Below are positions 38,589-50,776 of a stretch of 64,000 bases of DNA, in pieces (within the stretch, counting starts at the first letter, position 1; the number at the start of each line of letters is the position of its first letter). A program made the position numbers and the translations under genes. Origin of the DNA: Paraspadella gotoi (taxonomy: Eukaryota > Animalia > Chaetognatha). The notes under the pieces were generated by a model. The model made no database searches, had not been told where the DNA came from, and saw only the letters and a program-made list of their open reading frames with translations. The stretch covers positions 23,569,938 through 23,633,937 of the forward strand of contig CM119268.1 of the NCBI GenBank assembly GCA_051294375.1. Direction: 5' to 3'.

Positions 38589-40322
38589 TCAAATCACAAC
38601 GAAACAGAAAGGAAAAAAAAACACAATTACTTTTTCTTATATTTTCTTTTCTTTTGCCTATCTTTTAATCTCCTTTCTTATATTTTCTTCTCTATTGCCT
38701 ATCTTTTTTCCATTTTCCTATCTTTTATTCTCTTTTGTCTGTCTTGCTTTTTATTTTGAAAAGGATTAATCATCGTAACTCCTGAATCAGAATCGAAATT
38801 TCAAAAAGAAGATTCTTTCTTTCTTTTTCTTTCTTTCTTTCTTTCTTTCTTTTTTTCCCACTTTGAATGGAATCTTTTGTTTCAAACGAAATAAAAAAAG
38901 AATAGAGAAGATTTTCAGAATTAGAAAAGTAGAAAAGAGGAGATGAATAAAGAGAGAAGAACAATTGAAGGAAATAAAAAAGAATAATTAGGGAAATAAG
39001 AGAAAGAGTGTTAGAGCGAGAAATATAGAGAGCGAGTCGAAGGAAGAATATTCATTTTTATCTTATTCTACGTCGATTAATAAATTTCTTACGACTTTAT
39101 GTCAAATAGTTATTAGCAATTTGTCGCTCAATAATACTTATTGCCTTCTGCCATTTTTAAATTCTAATGATTTTGAAAATGAAAAAAAAAGTTTGAAGTA
39201 ACTTGAAGACAAGAGAACAAAAAACATTTAAATCGTAATCATGGCTCACTCTNNNNNNNNNNNNNNNNNNNNNNNNNNNNNNNNNNNNNNNNNNNNNNNN
39301 NNNNNNNNNNNNNNNNNNNNNNNNNNNNNNNNNNNNNNNNNNNNNNNNNNNNNNNNNNNNNNNNNNNNNNNNNNNNNNNNNNNNNNNNNNNNNNNNNNNN
39401 NNNNNNNNNNNNNNNNNNNNNNNNNNNNNNNNNNNNNNNNNNNNNNNNNNNNNNNNNNNNNNNNNNNNNNNNNNNNNNNNNNNNNNNNNNNNNNNNNNNN
39501 NNNNNNNNNNNNNNNNNNNNNNNNNNNNNNNNNNNNNNNNNNNNNNNNNNNNNNNNNNNNNNNNNNNNNNNNNNNNNNNNNNNNNNNNNNNNNNNNCGCT
39601 CATAATTCACGACACCCTCTCTACTTTGTTTTCTTTCTCTCTTCAGAGGCGGACAGAGACCCGATGGTCTATCCATCTCTGCCCGAAATTTTAACTTTCT
39701 TTGCCCGACGAAGAACCAAAATCAATTCTTTTTGCCCGACTTTTTGATAAGATCAATACAAAATTATCCATTCATTTAATAAATAAGCTATCTTGCCCCT
39801 GACTTTTGACTGGCTTTGGTGGTTTAAAGCCTCCATCACTTTTAATAAAATTTTACCGTTGTTGTCATCGCAAATACAATCATTTTCGTGTTCTAGTTTT
39901 TTAATCCAAAATTTGTGACCTTTGCCCGAAATACGGTTTCATCCTCCATCCCTTCCTCTGCCCGATCAACGTTCCATCCTCCCACTGCCCGACACATCCT
40001 CTTCCCCTCTGCCCGACATATCGTCTTTACCCGACCGTGTCGGCCTCAGATCCGAATCCATTAAACATCGCGAGATTTTGACATAAAAAAAAATCTCAAA
40101 TTTCTTCTTCTTTTTTTTTTGGTTCAAAGTTTTCATCTTTGAGAAATTTATTTTTCTTTTCTTCCATTTTTTTCCTTTACCTTCTTTCACTCCCTCTCTC
40201 TCTCTCTCCCTCTCTCCCTCTCCATCTCTCTCCCTAATCATTTTTATTTTCCTATTCTTTCTGTTCACTCCTTTCCAGTTTTTTCCACTACCCCCCACAC
40301 AATTTTCCATTTCTTCCATCAA

Positions 40323-40795
40323 TTTTCCACTCCCTCCTTTCACAGTTTTCCACTCCCTCTTTTCACAGTTTTCCAATCCCTCCTTTCACAGTTTTCCAAT
40401 CCCTATTTTCACAGTTTTCCACTCCTTCCTTTCACAGTTTTTCACTCCCTCCTTTCACAGTTTTTCACTCTCTCCTTTCACAGTTTTCCTATCCCTCCTT
40501 TCACAGTTTTCCACTCTCTCCTTTCACAGTTTTCCAATCCCTCTTTTTACAGTTTTCCACTCCCTCCTTTCACAGTTTTCTACTCCCTCTTTTCATAGTT
40601 TTCCACTCCTTCCTTTCACAGTTTTCCACTCCCTCCTTCCTTCAATTTTCCACTCCCTCTTTCACAGTTATCCACTCCCTCCATTCACAGTATTCCACTC
40701 CCTCCGTTCACAGTTTTCCACTCCATCCTTTCACAGTATTCCACTCCCTCCGTTCACAGTTTTCCACTCCATCCTTTCACAGTTTTCCACTCCCA
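40323..40795. repeat. 23-bp minisatellite (ttcacagttttccactccctcct), ~20 units
   Basis: Direct reading. Confidence 0.93.
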
Positions 40796-40830
40796 CCACA
40801 TTATCTCCACTGGTTTTTCTTTTTTTACAG

Positions 40831-40992
40831 ATGAAACGAAATCCGTTGACCCAGATGGAATAGTTTGAAAGAGATGGAAAGAATGGAGAGAATCGCTTGT
40901 AAAAGGTTGGGAGAGTTTCTTCAATGATACAGATGAATTCGTACTGTACTCTCTAAGCGGCTTAAACAGAGGAAAGTGCATTGACGTAACAG
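40831..40992 (+). other. Orphan exon candidate (162 nt, phase 1-1) with one in-frame TGA at 40866-40868
   Basis: Strong acceptor tttttcttttttttacag and donor ACAG|gtgaga; reads ETKSVDPDGIV*KRWKEWRESLVKGWESFFNDTDEFVLYSLSGLNRGKCIDVT; the other two frames have several stops. Confidence 0.5.
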
Positions 40993-41061
40993 GTGAGATT
41001 ATGTCGAGGGAAATAATTACGAGGGAGACGACGAAAGGGATTAGGGGGGGAGACGGCATGA

Positions 41062-41420
41062 GGGAAATGGCAAATAGGGTGGGAGGAAAGGAAATGGCAA
41101 ATAGGGTGGGAGGAAGGGAAATGGCAAATAGGGTGGGAGAAAGGGAAAGAGCAAATAGGGTGGGAGAAAGGGAAATGGCAATGAATAGGTTAATAGATAT
41201 GGAAATGGCATAGGGAAGACAGTAAGGGAATTTAGAAAAAGAAGTGGTAAATGATGACACTTGGAGATGAATAGATAGGAAAGTGGCAAAGACAGTAAGG
41301 GAAGTGGCAAATTAGAAAAAGACAGGAAAGTGGTAAATGGATGAGACTGAGAGATGAATAGATAGGAAAGTGGAAAAGACAGTAAGTGAAGTGGCAAAGA
41401 CAGTAAGTGAAGTGGCAAAC
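41062..41420. repeat. 27-bp tandem repeat (gggaaatggcaaatagggtgggaggaa, ~4 units) followed by related ~21-bp units
   Basis: Direct reading. Confidence 0.85.
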
Positions 41421-42186
41421 ATAAAAACTTGGAAGGGAGTAAAAAAATTCACTCAATTGAAGAAATGATCTGGGGTTAAATTTTCAATCTGGAATTCAAG
41501 AACCTTTTTGTTTTCGACCGTGAAAAGGTGAACAAATTTCTCTCTTCCTCTCTCTTCTCCTCAAATCTTGACCACAGACAAAATAAAAATGACGGAACAG
41601 AATGAAAAAAAGTAAAGAAAATAGAAAAAAACAAATTTTTTTTGCTTCGAAATATTTTGTCTATCTTCTTGCAAACAATCTTATTTGGCATAACAATTTC
41701 CTTTTTAATTTATTTCATAATTTTCTAATCTTTATCTTCTCCTCATACATCTTTTCTCATAGTGATTTCTCTCCTTTTTTTTGCGTTTTTAACTTTTCGA
41801 CAGAAGTGAGGTAAATAATAATGAAAGGAAACTATACAACGTTCTTATCTTTTAATAATTTTAATAGTTTTATTAATCTATTTTATTTTATAAATTTTAT
41901 AAATTTGATTTTTTTATTTCATTATTTTTTCTGTGAAAACACTTTTCTTTCGTTTTTATTTCCAAGAAGATTTAACTAATATATATATTCTTATAGTCAC
42001 CATTACATAACAAATATATCAGTATTACAAATCACTAGATAACATAACCTTACAATTAATAATAACAATCAAAATGTCTTTTTCTTTTCACAATCGATAT
42101 TAAAAATAGGAAGAATTTATTCGGTCGAATTGTGAAGAATCGTCGGGTTATTGGCCTCTGANNNNNNNNNNNNNNNNNNNNNNNNN

Positions 42187-42198
42187 GATGAGAGAGAA

Positions 42199-42284
<86 letters not shown>

Positions 42285-43187
42285 AGAGAGTGGCCATATT
42301 ACGATTTACTGTTTTTTTTCTTTCTCTCTTCAAGTTACTTCAAAACTTTTTTTTCTTCATTTTCAAAATCATTAGAATTTTAAAAATTATTTAATTTATA
42401 TTGAGCGACAAATTGCTAATAACTATTGACATAAAGTCGTTAAGAAATTTATTAATCGACGTAGAATAAGATAAAAATGAATATTCTTCCTTTCGACTCG
42501 GCTTCTCTATATTTCTCGACTCTAACACTCTTTCTCTTATTTCCCTAATTATTCTTTTCTATTCCTCAATTGTTCTTCTCTCTTTATTCATCTCCTCTTT
42601 CTACTTTTCTAATTCTTGAAAATCTTCTCTATTCTTTTTTATTTCGTTTGAAACAAAAAGATCCATTCCAAAGTGGGAAAAAAAGAAAGAAAAGAAAAAG
42701 AAAGAAGAAAAGAAAGAAAGAATCTTCTTAATTTTCGATTCTATTTCAGGAGTTTACGGATGATTAATCCCTTTTTCAAATAAAAAGAAAGACAGGACAA
42801 AAAGGAGAATTAAAAAATAGAAAAATTGGAAAAAAGATAGGCAATAGAGAGAAAAGATAGGCAATAGAGAAGAAAGGATAGGCAAAAGGAAAAGATAGGA
42901 CAATAAAGAAGAAAAGATAAAAGGAGATTAAAGATATGGCAAAAAGAAAAGAAAATATTAAGAAAAAAGTTAAATAAAAATAAAGATAATTTTAGTAAAA
43001 ACATGAAGTGACATTTATTAAAAAATTAAATGTTAAAATTTATGCGGATCGAAAAAATTAAAAAAAAATTTCATTTCGATTTCTACTTGTTCTATATTTT
43101 TCAATTTTCAATCAAGTCATTACAGTCTAATTATTAGCACTCGTTTCTCTTCAATTCATAGTGGTAGATATTTTTCGGAAACTGTTT

Positions 43188-43231
<44 letters not shown>

Positions 43232-43242
43232 TCTCTCTCTCT

Positions 43243-43274
<32 letters not shown>

Positions 43275-44682
43275 ATCTTAGTTCCGATTCGCTTCGAGAT
43301 AGAAATGAACTCAGTCCCAAAAAAAATTTGAAACTCGCAGATTCGAAAGTTGTATTAATCGAGTTTTTGCGGTCGACGCCTCGAAGCCGATCCCGCTGTA
43401 CAGGCTAGAGAGATTAGATAAGGCGATAGGAAAAAAAGGGAGTTTACTGTACGGAATTATTGGATATATTAAAAAAGTTGTTTTATACTAAATATTCGAG
43501 TTGGCACTTAAAATTAACATTTACACTTTTTTATTTCAAGCCTTATTCAAACTCCATGATAACTTTAATGAAACTGTGTTTGAATAGTGCGTGTAAGCAA
43601 AATTTAAATCTTTAAACAATTTTATTAGTAAATACTATCTATATCTATTTTTATTTTACTTAATATAGTTTTAGCCCAGTCAGCTTATTTTGCTAATATA
43701 TGTATACCATTATGTAATATCAAGATTTCAAAATATCTTTTTCAAGTTCTGAGATTTAAAAGAAATATCCAATCTTTTTTAAAAAATTATATCATTACGA
43801 AAACGTGTTTCTGGTGCCCTCTCATGACAATTGAATAAAATTAAATAATAATTTGTCAAAGTATGTTTTATGCTTTTTATTTTATTTCATAAAATTGTAT
43901 TATTTAACACACTCTATTCATTCTAGTGGCAAATATCATCGCGTCAGTGGTTCGAATTGATCACCACCGGCCCTCGCCGCCGCCGCCGCGCCGCCCTCGC
44001 CGCGCCGTCGCCTCCTTTTATGAATTCAGTCAGTTTGGGTGTCAAGAGCTGCCTTTTTTTTGGAAGTTCCAGTAAGGGAAAAAGCTCCAGGGCTTTTCGG
44101 TCGCTCCCTTTTGGGTTCAATTCATTCTGAGTTTGAAATGAGGCCAAGAGACAAATGAAAAAAGTTCATTATCAAATATCATATTATATATATTATATTA
44201 TATATATTATATTATATATATATATATATATATTAAATATGTCTTATATAAAAAGAAGTATATATAAGAAAAAAAGTTTTTGGTTCCTGCACAACCAAAA
44301 CGACCGATTAATAGAAAGAAAACGAATAAATAATTATAAAAAAGATTAGTAATTAAAAAAAAAATAAATAAAAAAAAATGATTTCGCCTCCAAAAACCAA
44401 ATAAATAGAAAATTCTTTTTTTTAATTTTTTGTTAAGTTTGTCTTTTTTTTACTGCGTATTTTTTATAATTTTTCTTTCTTAAACGGAAATAAATGGAGA
44501 AAAAAATGGGAAACCTAAAGTAAGAATGAAAAAAAATGAGAAAAATATTTGAAGAAAAATAGAAAAATAAGAAATTTTCTGTAAAATAAAAAATGGGCAA
44601 ATAAGAAAATAGCGAAATCAAAAGACTAATACAGAGATTCAGCCCATCCCTTACTTAATAACGCAACAAAAAACAAGGCAAG

Positions 44683-44720
<38 letters not shown>

Positions 44721-44829
44721 GTTTCCATCTCAACGGCCGAATGAAGGCTCCATTATGCTCAAACACCTTGTGCCGCCCCGGAGTCTAAAAAGAAAAAAGC
44801 TCAACCTTCCGTTTGATTCCCGGTTGGAG

Positions 44830-44892
<63 letters not shown>

Positions 44893-45242
44893 TCTCTCTC
44901 TCTCTCTCTCATCCCTATCGTGCATCTTTTTTAAGAGAAAAAAAAAAGAAAAAAGTCCGACAATTTTCAAAGAAAAAAAGATGAACGCTGATTTTTCCGC
45001 ACACTAATTGCATCGAAAACTCGTCTCTCTCTCTCTCTTTCTCTCTCTCCCTCCCTCTCTCTCTTTACCTTTTTCTATTTTTTTCACAATAAACCCCTAC
45101 AAAAAAGTTTTTTTTGAGAATTTTCTTTTTTATAATTTTTCTCTTTTTCTAATTTCCGTTTTTTTCCAACACCTGTCTCCCGCAGACTAACAAACGGAAA
45201 CTCGTCTTCTCTCTCTCTTTCTCTATCTCTCCCCCATATCCA

Positions 45243-45299
<57 letters not shown>

Positions 45300-45662
45300 C
45301 AGGCTGAGATGCACACGTGGTTTCCCCTCTTCTGTCCAGCGGAGCCGGACCGTTCGGCAGCTCCGCAACCTCAGCCGCTGCGCAGGAGGGGCGGCAGCTG
45401 GGTAAAAGCAGCGGGTATATTCGGCCCCATTATGGAGAAGGGCTGCCAACAAAGGGCAGGTTCCGTCTCTCTCTCTCTCTTTTTTTATCTCTTTCCCAAC
45501 TCTCTCTCGCCTGTTGGCCTCTTCATCTGTTGAGTATCTTTCTGTCTCTCCCTCTCTCTCTCTCTGTCTCTCTCTCTATTCTCGTTTTCCGAAATGTTAC
45601 TACGGATCAACTTTCCCACCAAATTTGAAAAGTTGAAAAGGTTACGAGAGGATGTTAGCTGC

Positions 45663-45708
<46 letters not shown>

Positions 45709-45884
45709 AAATAAAAAATTCAAGAGTGTGAATGAGTGTGTATTTGTGTGCGTAAAGCCCAAAGAGATAGAAGATAGAGAGATTAGCCAAAAAAAAGTTA
45801 ATTTCCGTCTCCCACTCTCTCCATCTTTTCTTCAAAACATATTTTCTTTTTAAAATAAGAAGCAACAACTTGGTCGAAACTTCG

Positions 45885-45966
<82 letters not shown>

Positions 45967-46035
45967 CTACGACGTGTTCACTACCCAAAACCTTCCTCTT
46001 CCTCCTCCCTAAACCAGTGAACTTTCCTTTACTCT

Positions 46036-46066
<31 letters not shown>

Positions 46067-49000
46067 TTCCTATCTTTTTATCTCTCTTGGACCTATTCTA
46101 TTCTCCTCCTCTCCTCCTCCTCCTCCTTCTATCCCTTCCTCTTCATACCCGTCGAAAAAAATTCCAAGCCCGTCTCTCTCTCTCTCTCGTCTCTTCTCTC
46201 TCTCTCTCTACTCTCTCTCTCTCTCTTTTCGTACTTCTCGCGCATTGCCTTTTGAATTCACGACGCCGTGTCGCTCGTCGTTCTTCTGTCGTTCGTCGTC
46301 CTCTAGACTTCTCGTCGGACTTCTTCCTCCTCCTCCTCCTCCTCCTCCTCCTCCATACGAAGATCCATTGAGCTCTGTCTCTCTCCCGGCATTTCTCCGC
46401 ATCTCTTCTTCTTTCGAAAAGAACGAGAGACCGCAGAACCCACTCGCTCTCTGTCTCTCTCTCTCTACTCAAAGAGAGAAAAAAAAAAACCCTTTCGACA
46501 ATAAGTTTAGTCCGCTCTTCTTCTCTTCAATTTCGAATAACCTTTTCAACAATTTTGAACTTTTTTTTCTTTTCATCGAAAAAAAAAGAAAATATAATTT
46601 TTTTTTCGGAGAAAAAAACTTTTGAACTTTGAAATAAAAGTTGATTAAATATTTTTAGTCAGTAAGAACAAAAAGAAAATAACAAAAAAAGAAAAAAGAG
46701 AAGAAAAAAAAGGCAAAAAGAGAAGAAACTTCTCTTCGATAAAAATGACGAAACCAACTAACTCGAAAACGAAAAAAAGAAAAACTCTAAAAATTTGGTC
46801 GCGAAATAAAAAAAAAAAAAGAAATCTTTTTTCTTCTTAAAAACCAGAAAAACTAGGAAAATTCAAGAAGAATTTTAAACCCGAAGGTGGAAAAACTTTG
46901 AATTTGGGCGTAAACTTACCTTTTTAAAGTTCGAAGTGCAAAATAAAATTAAGGATTTATCCAAAAAAATCAATTAAATAAATCTCCCAAAAAAAACCTA
47001 TTTATTTTAAAAGAAAAGTGTCGAATCCCCAACTCATTTCTTCGCATTCGCTCTATCACCAAAACTCTATTCACCAAACTCCTATCACAAAACTCCTCCC
47101 TATCACAAAATGTTTCTTCTAAACCGTCCCTTTCCCTCGCTCCACTACTTGGCTTCCACTCCTTTCCTCTCGATCCTCACCTCTCGCTACATAATCATCA
47201 CGACGGAACTCCGTTGCTCCTGCCGCCTTCACTCCACAGAACAGCAACAACTGGCACTGCAACAGCGCCGCCTCCAGCCCCTTCCCGCCGCCAGAATCGT
47301 CGCTCGTTGTCAACCGCCTTCCAGACTTCTTACTCTTCTGCCTGCTCTTGTTGTGCGGCGCTGCTCTGCCGTCATTCCCGCAGAGGATCGTCGAGCCTGC
47401 GTCGAGAGACGGAAGACCTTAAGGACGAAAAGCGTCTTCGACGCCTCCGCTTCCTTTTCCTCCAACCCGCCTCGTCCTCACCTTTCGCAGCTCCAACGAG
47501 ATCACCCGTCCCACTCTTTCGTTCGAAGACGAACGAGATACCTCCGCTGCAGCTCTCTATCAGCCTCGCCAGCCTCCGGCGGCACAGGTCGACGCCGCCT
47601 CCTCCGACCTCAACTCCTCCGGTTAGACTCGAAAGCAGCCGCAGTCGTTCGTCCCCGCCACCATCGAGAAGCCACGAAAGGTCGGCAAGTCCAGCGACAG
47701 AGGAAGAGTTGCTACGGCGGCAACTCGAACGACAAAGACGGTGGACGGAAGCTGTCGGGATCTACGGGTGCGCAGAGCGCCTCTACAGCAGTTGGCCGAA
47801 GCGTGCCGCCGCGGACATTTCCACAGACCGAACTGAAGGACATTCTCTTCACGGTTGAAAACTCGGCCAAGTTTCACTCTTCGCGCTCCGATTTTATTGG
47901 ACACTTGGGTCTCGTTCGTTCGCAGCAGCAGCGATATTTTGTCCGACGCGAGAAGATGAGAACTTGCAGGCGAAGGATCGGCGATAAATTATTGGCTACG
48001 AATTGTATAATAGTCATAATAGGAAGGTGAGAAAAAGAGGGATTGGGTGGCAGTGTGGAAATGTCTGTTGGAAAAAAGGAACTGGGTGGAGCGTGAATGG
48101 AAAGAATGAGGTATGAATCTTTGTGCAAACAAAAGTTGAAAACGGATTATAGAAGTGAATGGAAAAAATTGGAAAATCGCTGACAAAAGTAAGAACTCGG
48201 AGAAGAGTTATGGATAATCCGTAAATGATATATTTAAAAATAAAGTAGGAACAAACGTTCCAAACGTACGACCTTTTCGGAGACTCCAAAAGTAAACAAT
48301 CCTCAGTTTATATTTTTATCAAAAGAACAAACGAGCATAAAAAAGTAGTGAAAAGAATTGATAACAAAGAGAAAAACGAAAGTGAAAGATGGAAAAAGTG
48401 AGAGTTAAGGCTCACAATTTGTGACACCAAAACCCAATTTATAATTCTAAGAACAAAAACGAATGCCCCGGTAGGCATATTTTCTGAATAGGTCCAGGGT
48501 GACATTTATTCCTTCAGCTCTTAACCCTCGAAGCGATTTCGAGCTAAATTAACTCTCTCGAGTTTTTTTACCAAAAGGAAACTTTTTTTATTTGGTCTTA
48601 AAATCGAAAAATGTCCCCGGGGCGAAAAAAATGACCCAAAAATTTCTTTTATTAGGATTTTTTTATTTATTTTTTTTTTGTTGATCGTTTTAGTTTTTCT
48701 CTTTTACTTTCTTTTTTTTTAGTTAAACTTTAAATTTTTAATTGTTAACATAAAACTATGAATTTTCTTAGCAACCTTCGGTTTTACACTTTTACAGTTT
48801 AAAAATTGTTCCTAAAATTTTTAAAAACTTTTAAACTAACGAAATTTGTTAATTTTAAAAAACAGATGTTTATACACATTAGAATTTTTGAGGTTGAATT
48901 TTTTATCAATTTGACCCGATACCTACTCAAAACTTAATCCGTGTCTTTCCCTCTCTCCTCTCTCTCCTCTCTCTCTCATCTCTCTCTCTCTCTCCTTCTC

Positions 49001-49768
49001 TCTACTCTCTCTCTCTCTCTCTCGTTCTCACTCTCTCTCTCTCTCCAGGCTCTCTGCTGCAAGATTGTCCAGAATTGGACGCCTTCCTGCGCGACTCCTC
49101 CAAGCGCTGGTTCTGCCACGTAGACGACGACACTACGTCAAACATCCCTGAGATGCTTGCATCTGCTAAGGAGCTACGATCATCGCGAAGACTGTATCTC
49201 GGCAAACCTTCTCTATCGCCATCCCATGAGATCGTCGACCGAAATCATCTCTCCCACTCCCCCCGGCGACAACAACAACCAAACAACAACAAACAACCGA
49301 GCCTCGTTCTGGTTCGCCACGGGAGCGCGGCTTTCTCGTCTCTCCGTTCTCTCGCCGATAAGGATTGGCGCCCGTCGCGGGAAATGGGCTGTTCACGCGC
49401 GTGGGCTGACGCCATTCAATGAGGACAGCATCACGATGGGTTACGTCGCCGAACACGTGTATAGGAACTCGCATTGACCCGTCGTGGAAGATTTCATTCG
49501 CATTTGGAGTCCATGAGATTAATTCCTCCTTCGCCAGATTAATAAGCAAGTGACGCTTGAGCTACGGAAGTATGATCGGAATACAACGTTCTGAGATAAG
49601 GGATTCGACGAAAGTTCGATCCTTCAATTACTGAGATCTCTTCATTGTAAAATTGTTTTCAAGAGCGACAGGGTGGGTGAATATTGTTTGAGGTGAGGGG
49701 GTCTGTCGGTCTCTCTGTCTAACTCTCTCTCTCTCTCTCTCTCCTACTCTCTCTCTCTCTCTCTTACT

Positions 49769-49819
<51 letters not shown>

Positions 49820-50120
49820 AATCTCTCTCTCGCTAATCATCGATCGATATAACCAACTGTGTCGTCGTCGTCGTCGTCGTACCTCATACCCCTCCAGTTG
49901 ATATTTTGCTCGAATCTAAGATGTCATAAAACTATCACCTCTCTCCATCTCTCTCTCCTTTTCCCCTCTCCCTCTCTCTCCCTCTCTCTCCCTCTCAGGT
50001 CAACTTTAAGCTTGTGATTCTTTGTTTTTTTTTTGAGTTTCAACTCAATTTTTTTTTAAGTCGTACAAAATTTTTCGACCAGTGATGTTTTATGATTTTG
50101 ATTTCTTCGTAGTTAGTTAT
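42187..50120 (-). repeat. Inverted duplicate (copy C) of ~20065-28330, containing a whole fringe gene on the + strand
   Basis: Reverse-complement collinearity end to end; starts at the 25-N gap 42162-42186. Confidence 0.9.
47110..49691 (+). pseudogene. fng: Indel-riddled second fringe copy (exon 1 47110-48026, exon 2 49049-49691); allele, artefact or paralogue
   Basis: Same splice sites (AAG|gtgaga, ctccag|GCT); fragments TELKDILFTV, RRRIGDKLLATNC, DAFLRDSSKRWFCHVDDD and ITMGYVAEHV fall in shifting frames. Confidence 0.75.
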
Positions 50121-50275
50121 CTCTCTCTCCCTCATCTCAGTCAACTGGCCCCAGTCACCTCCAGCTCTTTAGCCATTCTCCAGTCGCTCTGGCTCATATG
50201 CTTCAGCCCTCGAGATGCCCCCATGGCCCGGCAGCCTTCGAAATTCATGCCCCTTTAAACACAAAACTCGAAATA

Positions 50276-50313
<38 letters not shown>

Positions 50314-50325
50314 TCTCTGGGTCAG

Positions 50326-50438
50326 GACTTGAAAAAGTCAAAAATGGTCAGATTCTTATTCATGGACAAATGGACCACACACAGGATCTGGGCGAGTCTG
50401 GTGCATCCTTTGATTTCTTCGTTACTCAACGTCCTCAA
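50326..50438 (+). other. Orphan exon candidate
   Basis: (CT)n..ggtcag acceptor; phase-1 reading (G)LEKVKNGQILIHGQMDHTQDLGESGASFDFFVTQRPQ and possible donor CAA|gttaat. A second frame is also open. Confidence 0.3.
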
Positions 50439-50742
50439 GTTAATTTTAACTAAATATTTATATACAGAATATGGTTTTTTAAAGATTGCTAAAACTGGTA
50501 AAAAGGAAAGTAAAAAAAAATTGTTAAACGCGATGAATTGAAAATTNNNNNNNNNNNNNNNNNNNNNNNNNNNNNNNNNNNNNNNNNNNNNNNNNNNNNN
50601 NNNNNNNNNNNNNNNNNNNNNNNNNNNNNNNNNNNNNNNNNNNNNNNNNNNNNNNNNNNNNNNNNNNNNNNNNNNNNNNNNNNNNNNNNNNNNNNNNNNN
50701 NNNNNNNNNNNNNNNNNNNNNNNNNNNNNNNNNNNNNNNNNN

Positions 50743-50776
<34 letters not shown>

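Larger units (their letters stand above)
32295..40025 (+). repeat. Direct duplicate (copy B) of ~21502-31138, probably assembly redundancy
   Basis: Collinear throughout; 34895-36290 is almost base-identical to 23928-25310; begins at a 25-N gap. Confidence 0.9.

Noticed and set aside
32988-49691. A three-gene fringe cluster analogous to Lunatic/Manic/Radical fringe
   Set aside because: The copies are near-identical in introns and intergenic DNA, differ mainly by indels and abut 25-N gaps, so they are not anciently diverged paralogues.
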